DNA of 64,000 nucleotides from Bacteroides sp. (lineage in GTDB: Bacteria; Bacteroidota; Bacteroidia; Bacteroidales; Muribaculaceae). Under the pieces are notes generated by a model. It had not been told where the DNA came from. It did no database searches and was given only the letters and a program-made list of their open reading frames with translations. Numbering within the stretch: position 1 is the first letter of the stretch; each line of letters opens with the position of its first letter. The stretch spans positions 23,223-87,222 of the forward strand of contig JAAVDM010000019.1 in NCBI GenBank assembly GCA_014801815.1. The letters run 5' to 3'. Positions 29,451-38,990 of this stretch are shown here, in pieces. The translations under genes and the position numbers were made by a program.

Positions 29451-30646
29451 AGATAGTCGGACACTGTCAGTCACCAGCACCGATTTTCAACAGCTGTTAC
29501 CGTCGTGCGGGCCGCTGCCTCAGAGCAGTAGCCGGCGCGGCGGTGCTGTTGTGTACGGCGGCTTGTTCACACGGTGGTATCGGGCAGAACACAGATGTGA
29601 CTGACAGTACTCCGACTGAAGCAGCATCGGAGGTGGCCGATTTTACTTCAGAGGCTTGGGCATGGGCTGATTCAGTCACACGTTCCATGACTACTGTGCA
29701 ACGTGCCGGTCAGTGTCTTATGCCTTCGGTGTATGCTGTAGGTGATCGTGCCACGATGCGACGCTTGCGCGAGTATATGATTGACTGTCATATAGGCGGT
29801 GTGCTTCTGCTGCGTGGTGACAGTGCGGGAGCTGAAGCCATAGCCGACAGTCTGGGACAGTGGAGCGGAGAGGTGCCCCCGTGGATAGCTATAGATGCCG
29901 AGTGGGGGCTTGGTATGCGCCTTGCCGGGGAGCAGGTTTACCCGCGCAATTTCCGTCTTGCCGAGACGGCCGATGAGCAGATGATGTTTGACTACGGATA
30001 TGAGGTAGGGGAGCGCTGTCGTGAGATAGGTATAAATATGGTATTAGGCCCCGTAGTTGATGTGGGACCACTGACAGGAGTTATGGGTACGCGCACTTTC
30101 GGGCCTGACCCGCAATTGGCGGCTTCGCTTGGAGTGGCCTACGCTATGGGTGTCGAGGGGGCCGGTGTGATGAGTGTAGCCAAGCATTTTCCCGGTCACG
30201 GCAGTCCGGAAGCAGACAGTCACAACCGGGTTGCCGTTGTGAAGCGTGACGGTGCCGACCTCCGGCGCATTGACCTGATACCTTTCAGCGAGTATGTGGC
30301 ACACGGACTCTCCGGCATTATGGCCGGGTATCTGAGTGTGCCTGCTCTCGACCTTACGGGGCGTCCGGCTGCTGTGTCGCCTGCAGTGTTGCAGGATTTG
30401 TTGCGCGACGAGATGATGTTTCGCGGTCTGATATTGACCGATGCCATCAACATGGGTGGGGCACGCGGCTATGATGCCGCCGATGCTCTCGCGGCAGGAG
30501 CTGACCTTGTGGTGGCACCTGCCAATACGCGGCAGGCCCTTGCTGAGATAGTGCAGGCTTTGTCCTCCGGTACGCTGACCGAAGCTGAACTGAGCGAACG
30601 CTGCCGACGTGTCCTCTTCTACAAATACCTTTTTGCCGGCAACTGA
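29447..30646 (+). CDS. GH3 glycoside hydrolase (beta-N-acetylhexosaminidase-like, catalytic domain only)
   Basis: IDAEWG, GINMVLGPV, KHFPGHG..DSH, LTDAINM. Confidence 0.88.
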   Translation: MKIVGHCQSPAPIFNSCYRRAGRCLRAVAGAAVLLCTAACSHGGIGQNTDVTDSTPTEAASEVADFTSEAWAWADSVTRSMTTVQRAGQCLMPSVYAVGDRATMRRLREYMIDCHIGGVLLLRGDSAGAEAIADSLGQWSGEVPPWIAIDAEWGLGMRLAGEQVYPRNFRLAETADEQMMFDYGYEVGERCREIGINMVLGPVVDVGPLTGVMGTRTFGPDPQLAASLGVAYAMGVEGAGVMSVAKHFPGHGSPEADSHNRVAVVKRDGADLRRIDLIPFSEYVAHGLSGIMAGYLSVPALDLTGRPAAVSPAVLQDLLRDEMMFRGLILTDAINMGGARGYDAADALAAGADLVVAPANTRQALAEIVQALSSGTLTEAELSERCRRVLFYKYLFAGN

Positions 30647-30755
30647 TTCCGCATCAGAGAGAGTCAGGGCTTCCGTAAAGTACCACATCAGTGACGATAA
30701 CATGAAACTCCCGACATCACTGCCGAGAGCTTCCATTCTTGCATGAATATATTTA

Positions 30756-30771
30756 TTTTAAGAGCTACTTA
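30756..30771 (+). repeat. Solo end of MITE-like repeat family A
   Basis: TTTTAAGAGCTACTTA, identical to the right end of the 53601-53794 element. Confidence 0.65.
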
Positions 30772-30783
30772 TCTCTCTGTTTA

Positions 30784-31110
30784 TCACTGACAGACCTTGA
30801 ATGTCGCCTTCTTGCCGTTGATTTTCAACTTAACTTTCGGGTTTGAAAACTGAGTGAGATGGTCGAATGTCAAAGTAACTGTTGCCACTCCATTATTTAC
30901 AGAAACACTGACTGAGGTTGCCTCATATTCTTTGCCTTTCCAATCAGGAATGAGCTTAACATCGGAAACAGTGTACCGATTTCCGGCTTTATCGTCTGTG
31001 AAAACAATTGTCACCTTATCACAGTAGTTGTTGAAGCTCTGACAGTGAGGTTTTCCATGTGCTACTATGCTGAACAACACAACGATGATTGTAATTAAAA
31101 GCTTTTTCAT
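30784..31110 (-). CDS. Small secreted hypothetical protein
   Basis: ATG 31110 gives the signal peptide MKKLLITIIVVLFSIVAHG; beta-rich mature part with Cys residues. Confidence 0.7.
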   Translation of the reverse strand: MKKLLITIIVVLFSIVAHGKPHCQSFNNYCDKVTIVFTDDKAGNRYTVSDVKLIPDWKGKEYEATSVSVSVNNGVATVTLTFDHLTQFSNPKVKLKINGKKATFKVCQ

Positions 31111-31120
31111 AAGATAGAGA

Positions 31121-33430
31121 TTAAAAACGAGATTTTTCAGTGTTGCCGGCGCCGGTGCCACGATAACGGTCCCGGGTGGTGTTGAAGCGGTACTGGAGAG
31201 TTAGCATTAACGAACGTCCCGGAGATAAATTCTTTTGCACTATCTGAACGGCCTCGCTATACATCAGAGCATTATTCTGAGAGGAGTTAAACAGGTCTTT
31301 AGCTTCGAGTGTGACACTGAAAGCATTGTTGAAAAATCCCTTGTATATTTTGGCGTTGACATACCAAGGAGTATTAGACAGTTTCATGTTATTGTCCCAT
31401 GAAGATGTCATCACCTGTGCATCGACATTGAGCCAAATGTCAAGCGGGAGTTGAATAGCGTTCTGCCATTGGAACAGAAATCCGGGAGTATTCATTTTCA
31501 TTGGTTTGCCGTCAACCGGGAGTGTGAGCCACTGCTTCATTGTACCAATATTTACATGAGGTTGCCAAACACCGACTTTGAATTGACCTCCTACGAAAGC
31601 TTGAAGATAATGGCGGTGGTTAAGATTTGCAGTTCTGATAATGGTGGCTTCTCCGTCGGTACCGTAAGGTTCGGTGATGTGATACACACCATCTTTAAAA
31701 TATGTATACGATATTTGAGCAAAGAATTGACGCCACTGTGCCATGTATTCTAAAGTCTGCATTTTTGTGGGTTTCAGATAGGGATTGCCGGTTTCAAAGG
31801 TAAGTCGGTTGATATAACTGACTGCACCATCAAGTTGGCTGTAGCCCGGACGAACAGTTTTACCGGAATAATTCACTCCCATGTTGACTCTCCCTATCTG
31901 CGTTGCCACGTTGAGTGAGGGAAAGAGGTTGTTATATTTCTTGCTTTGTCCGTCACGATGCTGACCCATTTCGTAATAATCGAATTTCACATGTTCGTAC
32001 CGCAATCCAATTCCGATATTGAAGCGACCCAACTGCTGTGCAACTTCCACAAAGGTTGCAATGTTGCTTTCATCAACTCTATTGTCGGTATCGGGAACTT
32101 CAGGAATATTGGCTGTAAAAATATTTGTAGTACGTGTATCGGTATATTCCTCGCCAAACCTTATCTGTCCATGCCAAAGTGGATAACTTACAACCAGTTT
32201 TTCAGCAAACATACGATTGCGGTTAACTGATGTTGTATTTACCGTACGGTCATCGCCGGTTTCGCTGAGTTCGTCGCTTAACGACAATTCTCGGTTCTTA
32301 TACCACAGGTAGTCTGCATTAAAGTCAAAGTTGAACATACCTGCGGAGCCGTTATAATACAGATTGATATTGTGACGCGGAAGTGACGTAGATCTGTTGT
32401 TAACATTGGAGTTATAGCGGTCAAGCAAGACTCCGTTCTGCCATATTTCGCTTGGAATTTCTCCGACGGTGTGGTGACGGTTCCAACTGTTCTGATAATA
32501 AGCACCGATGTTATGCTTGTCATTGAACATATAGGAAAAACCGATTTTACCTGTCATATCATTATATGACAGTTTACCTATTGTACGTATAGCTTGATTG
32601 TAGGTGCCTGTCGGAGTAGTTGTAGTTATATCGTTCGTGCGGTCGTCACGATTATTACCGTACCACCAACCATAGTTAGCGAAAAGTTCAAGCCCACGAG
32701 TACGGTATTTCATATCAATTGAGTTTCCGGTGCGGAAATAATGTTGAATGCCGTTATCCGTGCGTAAGTTAACACTGAATCCGTCACCTTTAGGCGGTTT
32801 TATACGAATCAAAATGACGGACTTTACATTTGCCGCGTATGAGGCACCGGGATTTGTTATGACCGAAACATTTTTAATATCCTGAGAATTTAGCTGAGTA
32901 AGTTCCTGAAGGTCGTTCACCTTGCGTCCGTTAATGTAGATTGCCGGAGACCCCTTACCGAAGACTTCCAGAGTGCCGCCGTTGTCAACTACCATCGGCA
33001 CACGAGTCAGAACATCGTTGGCTGTACCTGCGATGGCAAGTGAGCTACCCTCGACATTGGTGACGAGTGCATTTCCCTTCATTGTTGTGGAGGGTCTGGT
33101 GGCACGAACTAACACTTCTCCGAGCTCTACGGTAGAAGGAGTAAGTTTGATTATCCCCATGTCGCCCGTAGAAGGAACCGATAAGGTAGAGGTCTCATAA
33201 CCTACAAACGATATTTTGGCGGTAAGATTACCGTTGGTTTCAGTGTAGATCGAGAACATACCGTCTGAGTTGGTTACAGCACCTGTAATATAGGTTGAGT
33301 CATGGTACAATACGACGTTGACGTAGTCAAGCGGAGAATTATTATCTCCCACCACTTTTCCTGTTATCTCGCGTGCAAAAGCTGTAGTCACAGTTACAAC
33401 AGCTATGAGTAAAGTTATAATCTGTTTCAT
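31121..33430 (-). CDS. Outer-membrane beta-barrel protein (TonB-dependent-receptor-like, carboxypeptidase-regulatory-like N-domain)
   Basis: Signal peptide; ITGKV...GAVTNSDGMF...SFVGYE; plug-like IYINGR...VITNPGASY; GNPYLKP; terminal YRFN...YRG...RF. Confidence 0.85.
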   Translation of the reverse strand: MKQIITLLIAVVTVTTAFAREITGKVVGDNNSPLDYVNVVLYHDSTYITGAVTNSDGMFSIYTETNGNLTAKISFVGYETSTLSVPSTGDMGIIKLTPSTVELGEVLVRATRPSTTMKGNALVTNVEGSSLAIAGTANDVLTRVPMVVDNGGTLEVFGKGSPAIYINGRKVNDLQELTQLNSQDIKNVSVITNPGASYAANVKSVILIRIKPPKGDGFSVNLRTDNGIQHYFRTGNSIDMKYRTRGLELFANYGWWYGNNRDDRTNDITTTTPTGTYNQAIRTIGKLSYNDMTGKIGFSYMFNDKHNIGAYYQNSWNRHHTVGEIPSEIWQNGVLLDRYNSNVNNRSTSLPRHNINLYYNGSAGMFNFDFNADYLWYKNRELSLSDELSETGDDRTVNTTSVNRNRMFAEKLVVSYPLWHGQIRFGEEYTDTRTTNIFTANIPEVPDTDNRVDESNIATFVEVAQQLGRFNIGIGLRYEHVKFDYYEMGQHRDGQSKKYNNLFPSLNVATQIGRVNMGVNYSGKTVRPGYSQLDGAVSYINRLTFETGNPYLKPTKMQTLEYMAQWRQFFAQISYTYFKDGVYHITEPYGTDGEATIIRTANLNHRHYLQAFVGGQFKVGVWQPHVNIGTMKQWLTLPVDGKPMKMNTPGFLFQWQNAIQLPLDIWLNVDAQVMTSSWDNNMKLSNTPWYVNAKIYKGFFNNAFSVTLEAKDLFNSSQNNALMYSEAVQIVQKNLSPGRSLMLTLQYRFNTTRDRYRGTGAGNTEKSRF

Positions 33431-33441
33431 ATTAGTTTTAT

Positions 33442-33849
33442 TTATCGTTTTTTAAGTTCTATGAGAGCATCAATAAGGTTTACATTCAGGCCGATTCCCT
33501 TTTCTTCTAATTTGTCACTTACCATTCGTTTGGTATAACTGAGTATATTTGAATCAAGATCTTCCCATGTATATATCTCGGAGCAGTCATCATTAGTGGT
33601 GACACGTGCATTGTGCTCGGTTCGATTGCCGATTGAATCTGTGATATAATATATGATTACCGTCTGAAATCGGTCTCCATCAAGTTCATGAATGTCCGAC
33701 ATACTGACATATTGAATGTTGGAAATGGAATTAAATCGCGCCAACATCGTCTGTTCAAGATTTCTGTTTCTTACATCTCCTTTGCCAAATGAACATGAGG
33801 CAATGATGAGTGAGACTATAAGTAACAGCATGTAGTTTTTCGTTTTCAT
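33442..33849 (-). CDS. Hypothetical lipoprotein
   Basis: Lipobox IASC; TAATTTTG promoter element upstream at 33887-33880. Confidence 0.75.
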   Translation of the reverse strand: MKTKNYMLLLIVSLIIASCSFGKGDVRNRNLEQTMLARFNSISNIQYVSMSDIHELDGDRFQTVIIYYITDSIGNRTEHNARVTTNDDCSEIYTWEDLDSNILSYTKRMVSDKLEEKGIGLNVNLIDALIELKKR

Positions 33850-33929
33850 TTCACATCAGTTTTTAATGATTTTCTGATGCAAAATTACGTCTAAACGTAT
33901 TTTAGCTCCAATTATAAAAGTCTTAATAC

Positions 33930-33969
33930 AAGAGATGCAACCTGCTGATTATCAGTGGTTGCATCTCTT
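33930..33969. other. Intergenic hairpin/palindrome
   Basis: AAGAGATGCAACC...GGTTGCATCTCTT (13-bp arms) around CTGATTATCAG. Confidence 0.55.
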
Positions 33970-34008
33970 AAAAATCTTAATATGGGATTAATCTGTCTTA
34001 ACAGACCC

Positions 34009-35676
34009 TTAATCATCACTGTGACTTAACAGAAATCTGACAATATCTTCCTTCTCAGGCACTCCGAGCTTCTTTCTTATCGAGGATTTTCTGACATAAA
34101 TAGTGGAAGTGGTCTGTCCCGTTATGACGCTGATTTCTTTTGTAGAGAAACTTGCTACCATAAGAACTATTATCTGTTCCTCTTTCTGAGTTATAACATC
34201 GCCATACTTGGCATGAAGATTTTTATAAAAATCGGAGTAGAGATTATCAATAATCTCAAACACGACTTTCCAATCAACAAGTTCACCGTTAGTATCTCCG
34301 TCAATGGAGGAGATTTTACGCAGCATTTCACGATTCTGTTCGGTAGGTGTTTCCGCCACCATCTTGATGATGCCGAGTTGCTTCAGCATAGCATTTCTTA
34401 ATGCCGATGATTTTGTGAGTTCTGATTCTTGTTTTGCAGGAGCTGATTTATATTCATCTACCATTTTTTGTAATGCTTCAATACGTTCTTCGTTTTCACG
34501 TTCACGTTGGCGACGAACTATGATAATCCATGAGGCACCACCCAAGATCAGCAATGCGAGGAGTATAACTATCAATATAATCACAGTTTTTTGTCTGCTT
34601 TCTGCTTTCAAGGCTAAAGCACGGCTCTGTTGAAGCAGTGCACCTCGTTCAGATTCCCATTGCGACGCCTTCATACGATTGAACCGTTCAATCTGGCGGT
34701 TATTCAAGGCAGCTATATGAATCAGACTTATTCGTCCTGTCTGTTTGAAGTCAATAATGGTACGTAGCAGGTTGTTGTAACTATGAAAAGCAGCGTTGTC
34801 AACATCATCTCTCTTTAATATGCTCGCAAAACTATCTGTCAATGCAAGGTGACGTGATGCCTTACTCATGTTACCGGTATTAATGGCATTGACTGCATGT
34901 TGAAGATGAAGAATATCAGCAGCTCCATTATCGGGGCCTGCCTTACGGAATAATTCTCTGATAAGAGAATCACTCTCTGCATTTTTCCCTTTCTCTGTAA
35001 GCAGTTGTGCCCGCTCTAATTCAAACAGAAAATGCTTGTCTCCCCAATGTTTTTTTGCTGCAAAGTCGATAAGTTCATTTATGATATGAATAGCGGAATC
35101 CGGTTCACCCGCATACTCATATCCGGCCAACAGCATGTACTTGGCCTCAATTATTCTCATGGAATCAGTTTCGAGGTTAAGAAGTCTTTTGGCCAATGGT
35201 ATAATCTGTCTGCCTTGATATTCGGAAGCACCAAGTAATACCCGGAGCCTTAAGGTCTCTGCCATTATGGTATCCGGTACATTTGATATACCTGCAAGGG
35301 AATCAAGCATCGAAATGGCACCGGGAGTATCGCCTACCCAAAACTTATACCACGCAAAAGCATTACCGCTTCGAATATTCTTGTTAATTTCTTTACCTTT
35401 GTAGTAGGTATGTGCAAAAGAAATCAGAGAGTCGGCAATCATAGAGCGGTTCTGCTTCATGTGACCGTAAGCCCTGAGAAAAATCAATTTAGCCCGCAAA
35501 GAGTCAACCTTAATATCCGAAGGTTCAATGGATTCTAATATAGACAAAGCACTGTCAGTATTGTGTTTCATCATTTCTTCTGCATTATCTATCTTATCAT
35601 ATTGAGATACAAATTTAGAGCACGAAATGATGCTTAATACCGTAATCGCAATTAATCCAAATAATAATTTTTTCAT
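34009..35676 (-). CDS. Membrane-anchored TPR-like sensor with C-terminal LuxR-type HTH
   Basis: N-terminal lipobox-like IISC, helical repeats, TM segment IILIVILLALLILGG, C-terminal FSTKEISVITGQTTSTIYVRKSSIRKKLG. Start moved to ATG 35676. Confidence 0.85.
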   Translation of the reverse strand: MKKLLFGLIAITVLSIISCSKFVSQYDKIDNAEEMMKHNTDSALSILESIEPSDIKVDSLRAKLIFLRAYGHMKQNRSMIADSLISFAHTYYKGKEINKNIRSGNAFAWYKFWVGDTPGAISMLDSLAGISNVPDTIMAETLRLRVLLGASEYQGRQIIPLAKRLLNLETDSMRIIEAKYMLLAGYEYAGEPDSAIHIINELIDFAAKKHWGDKHFLFELERAQLLTEKGKNAESDSLIRELFRKAGPDNGAADILHLQHAVNAINTGNMSKASRHLALTDSFASILKRDDVDNAAFHSYNNLLRTIIDFKQTGRISLIHIAALNNRQIERFNRMKASQWESERGALLQQSRALALKAESRQKTVIILIVILLALLILGGASWIIIVRRQRERENEERIEALQKMVDEYKSAPAKQESELTKSSALRNAMLKQLGIIKMVAETPTEQNREMLRKISSIDGDTNGELVDWKVVFEIIDNLYSDFYKNLHAKYGDVITQKEEQIIVLMVASFSTKEISVITGQTTSTIYVRKSSIRKKLGVPEKEDIVRFLLSHSDD

Positions 35677-35702
35677 TGAACTTATATACTCTAAGGGGAA
35701 GG

Positions 35703-36404
35703 TCACAGGCGTCCTTCGTCGTTGTAGGAGTAATAGCCTTCGGCGGTCACGATTACGTGATCGAGCATACGGAGGTCAATAGCCTGACAGGCTTTCTTAA
35801 AAATAACGGTGATATTATCGTCCTGCGGACTGGGACGCAGCTGGCCTGAAGGGTGATTGTGACAGAGTACCACTCCTTCGGCATTTTCAAGTATGGCGGC
35901 TTTAAGAGTTTTTTTGACGTCAAATACAGATGAGGTTGCACCTCCCTGCGTTATGGGCCGCGAACAGATTATGCGGTTGGCGCGATTCAGCATCACCAAC
36001 CATATCTCTTCGTGGGGTAGGTTGGCGTTGCGGCTGGCCATGTATTCGTAGATATCGCGTGCTGTACGTACCTGCAGGCGGTTATTCTTCTGTTGTAACC
36101 ACTCGTCGTGATAACGTGCCACAAGAGTCATGACAGCCTCTATCTGTATGGCACGTGTCTTTCCGAGACCTTTGATTTCCATTATCTGCTGGCGTGAACG
36201 GCGTTGCAGTTGCAACATCGAGTTCTCGACAGTGGCCATGAGTTCCCGACATAGTACCGTGATAGGTTTTCCGGGTTGGCCGACACGAAGCACCAGTGCC
36301 CAAAGGTCGGCGGTAGAGAGTGTGTCACAGCCGTATTTCCATGCACGTTCCTGCGGACGGTCATCGGCATCGAGGTCTTTGATTTTGGCTTCGGTGTCGT
36401 TCAT
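35703..36404 (-). CDS. radC: RadC/JAB-domain protein
   Basis: DRPQER, HEEIWLVMLN, HNHPSG, SPQD, LDHVIV. Confidence 0.93.
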   Translation of the reverse strand: MNDTEAKIKDLDADDRPQERAWKYGCDTLSTADLWALVLRVGQPGKPITVLCRELMATVENSMLQLQRRSRQQIMEIKGLGKTRAIQIEAVMTLVARYHDEWLQQKNNRLQVRTARDIYEYMASRNANLPHEEIWLVMLNRANRIICSRPITQGGATSSVFDVKKTLKAAILENAEGVVLCHNHPSGQLRPSPQDDNITVIFKKACQAIDLRMLDHVIVTAEGYYSYNDEGRL

Positions 36405-36406
36405 GA

Positions 36407-37426
36407 TTATTTGCCTTTACGCATTTCCACTTCTTGATCTATGTCGCGGCCGTGACGCAGCAGTATCTTCCATATATAGGCACGCAGAAAACCGGTGCCG
36501 TAACCGGTAAGCTGTACTACCGAAGCCATAAGGCCCAATGTTCCGACTCGCAGACTGCGTGTGGCGGCTATGGCACATATCCACACAGCCAGCAGATAGG
36601 CTACAAGAGGCAGAATACACCACCAGTGCCAGAATACAGCACCTATAATCATAGCTGCACTTCCGAGTACAAACATAGCCGGCAGGCAGTGCACGGCTTT
36701 CAGCGAACCGGGGTAGAGTAGTTTCAGGGTAATGCGTGACATGCCGAACACATGCACCTGACGCCAGAATTTACGCAGATTGCCACGCCGTTTATGGTAG
36801 ACATACACCTCGGGAAAGAGGGCTATGTTGAAACCTGCACGGCGTATGCGTGTGCTCATGTCGATGTCCTCGCTGAACATCTCGCGGAATCCGCCAACGC
36901 GCTCGAATACCTTACGCGAGAAACCGGTGTTGAAAGTACGCGGGGTAAACTTCTCCATCGACACCTTACCACCGCGTATTCCGCCGGTGGTCAGAAACGA
37001 GGTCATGGCATAATTGATTGCCTTCTGGGTGTCGGTAAATGAGTCATGAGCTGCATCAGGGCCACCGAAGCAGTCCGTTTCGGGGTGTGCTTTCAGTGCG
37101 GCGCGTAGTGAAGCTATATAGTCGGGAGGTAAAACACAGTCAGAGTCGACGAAGACGAGAAAGTCTCCGTCGGCTCTGACTATACCGTAGTTACGGGCGA
37201 TGCTTCGCCCTTCATTCTCCTTATAATAATATTTAAGCCTCATTCGGCTCTTATATGCCTCGGCCTGCGGGCGGCAAGGCACTGTCGAACCGTCCTCGAC
37301 AAGAATAATCTCGAAGCCCCAGTCTGTCTGTGCGTCAAGGCTTGCGAGCAGGTCAGCCACTTCGTCGGGCCTGTTGTACACGGGCACGATGATTGAAAAA
37401 AGTATTTCGTGCTTAGGCGTATCCAT
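36407..37426 (-). CDS. Glycosyltransferase family 2
   Basis: SIIVPVYNRP, VEDGS, ARNYG, FVDSD, SEDID. Confidence 0.92.
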   Translation of the reverse strand: MDTPKHEILFSIIVPVYNRPDEVADLLASLDAQTDWGFEIILVEDGSTVPCRPQAEAYKSRMRLKYYYKENEGRSIARNYGIVRADGDFLVFVDSDCVLPPDYIASLRAALKAHPETDCFGGPDAAHDSFTDTQKAINYAMTSFLTTGGIRGGKVSMEKFTPRTFNTGFSRKVFERVGGFREMFSEDIDMSTRIRRAGFNIALFPEVYVYHKRRGNLRKFWRQVHVFGMSRITLKLLYPGSLKAVHCLPAMFVLGSAAMIIGAVFWHWWCILPLVAYLLAVWICAIAATRSLRVGTLGLMASVVQLTGYGTGFLRAYIWKILLRHGRDIDQEVEMRKGK

Positions 37427-37469
37427 AGGCGCTGACTTAGTGACCTGTCGGTATGGGGAAAGAGACAGA

Positions 37470-38036
37470 TCAGGCTTTTACGCGGCCTACGTAGTCACCT
37501 GTACGAGTATCAACCTCTATAAGTTCGCCTTCGTTGATGAAGAGAGGTACCTTAACGGTCGCACCTGTCTCTACAGTAGCGGGCTTGAGTGTGTTAGTGG
37601 CTGTGTCACCCTTCAGACCCGGCTCGGTGTAGGTGATCTTAAGAGTTGTCTTTACGGGCATCTCGGCGTAGAGTACGGTGTCGGTCGAGGCGTCAGATAC
37701 TACCTCAACAGTGTCGCCCTCTTTCATATAGGCAGCTCCGGTCACGAGTTCCTTGCTGATAGGAATCTGCTCGAAAGTCTCGTTGTTCATGAAGATGTCA
37801 TCGCCACCGTCGGCATAGAGATACTGATAGGGACGGCGTTCCACACGGACGTCCTCAAGCTTCTCACCGATGTTGAAACGGCGTTCGAGCACACGGCCGT
37901 CGACAACGTTCTTCAGCTTTGTACGCATGAAGGTGTTACCTTTACCGGGCTTCACGTGAAGGAATTCGATTACGAAGTAGAGGTCACCGTCCATACGGAT
38001 GCAGGTGCCGTTCTTGATATCCTGAGCGTTAATCAT
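37470..38036 (-). CDS. efp: Elongation factor P
   Basis: [39 protein letters not shown]; ATG 38036 gives 188 aa. Confidence 0.97.
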   Translation of the reverse strand: MINAQDIKNGTCIRMDGDLYFVIEFLHVKPGKGNTFMRTKLKNVVDGRVLERRFNIGEKLEDVRVERRPYQYLYADGGDDIFMNNETFEQIPISKELVTGAAYMKEGDTVEVVSDASTDTVLYAEMPVKTTLKITYTEPGLKGDTATNTLKPATVETGATVKVPLFINEGELIEVDTRTGDYVGRVKA

Positions 38037-38234
38037 TGTGATTATATATAGTGTATTGTGTTGTTGCGCTGTATTAGCTAATTTTGCCACAAAATTAGAA
38101 AAAAAATCGCACACTACCTAACATCACGCTCATAATCATTCGTCCTACCTCTTCCGCTAAGGGTGTTCGTATTCTCTTTACAGTTCCTCCGCGACGTCAA
38201 AAAAGGCTAAAAAGGGGGAAAAATGAGGGTATAA

Positions 38235-38266
38235 TTTGTGAATGTTAAATGTAATAGCTAATTTTG
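38235..38266 (+). promoter_or_regulatory. Bacteroidetes promoter for rpmH
   Basis: TTTG at 38235-38238, 20-nt spacer, TAATTTTG at 38259-38266. Confidence 0.7.
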
Positions 38267-38306
38267 CACTCTGAAACTCAGAAACGAATAAAATCATAAT
38301 AGCACA

Positions 38307-38462
38307 ATGAAAAGAACATTCCAGCCCTCAAACCGCAGAAGGGTCAACAAGCACGGTTTCCGTGAAAGAATGGCAACCAAGGACGGTCGCAAGGTTCTGT
38401 CGCGCCGTCGTGCCAAGGGTCGTGCATCGCTGACTGTCAGCGACAGCATCGCCGGCAAGTAA
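38307..38462 (+). CDS. rpmH: 50S ribosomal protein L34 (below the ORF-track length cutoff)
   Basis: Hand translation: [51 protein letters not shown]. Confidence 0.97.
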   Translation: MKRTFQPSNRRRVNKHGFRERMATKDGRKVLSRRRAKGRASLTVSDSIAGK

Positions 38463-38476
38463 AATAACTCCTTCAC

Positions 38477-38533
38477 TAAAACACCCGTCCCCCCGTCAGC
38501 GCTATATGCGTCAACGGGGGGACGGGTGTTTTA
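38477..38533. terminator. Bidirectional terminator
   Basis: TAAAACACCCGTCCCCCCGT ... ACGGGGGGACGGGTGTTTTA between convergent genes. Confidence 0.8.
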
Positions 38534-38565
38534 CGTTATCTGCTTACAGAGCTTTATTTATATTA

Positions 38566-38802
38566 TCAATTACCGTTGATAACACCTGTTGAATCCTCTA
38601 ACAGACCGATGCTGAAGATCCACCACAGCAGAATTACTATCAGGACCAGCACTCCGAGCCAGATCCAAAGTTTGTTGGTACGACGTGTTGACATACGTTT
38701 ACGATTTTTGCCTTCTGCCGTGAGGCTCTGGGCGATTATATCGGCGTTATCCGTCTGGTTTACGCCTTGATTATTTCTGAGATTGTTTGCATTCTTATCC
38801 AT
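38566..38802 (-). CDS. Small single-pass membrane protein
   Basis: ATG 38802; basic patch followed by LWIWLGVLVLIVILLWWIFSI. Confidence 0.7.
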   Translation of the reverse strand: MDKNANNLRNNQGVNQTDNADIIAQSLTAEGKNRKRMSTRRTNKLWIWLGVLVLIVILLWWIFSIGLLEDSTGVINGN

Positions 38803-38963
38803 AACCTTGTGTTTTTTATTTTTTATTATCTTTAACAAAGGTTATGCCTTAGTGGTTCACGGAAACACACATTTCCTCCTATTATGTTAATATCTTGTAC
38901 AGAATACTGCGGCATTAGTTGCAGTTTAAGGACAATCAACGGTGAAAACAGCAGTCGGTGTGT

Positions 38964-38978
38964 TTTTAAGAGCTACTT
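38964..38978 (+). repeat. Solo end of MITE-like repeat family A
   Basis: TTTTAAGAGCTACTT just past the dnaB stop. Confidence 0.6.
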
Positions 38979-38990
38979 GTAATTTACTGT

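Noticed and set aside
35703-36404. radC as a mobile-element marker
   Set aside because: Full-length chromosomal-type RadC in a unit with efp and the GT2, with host-like composition.
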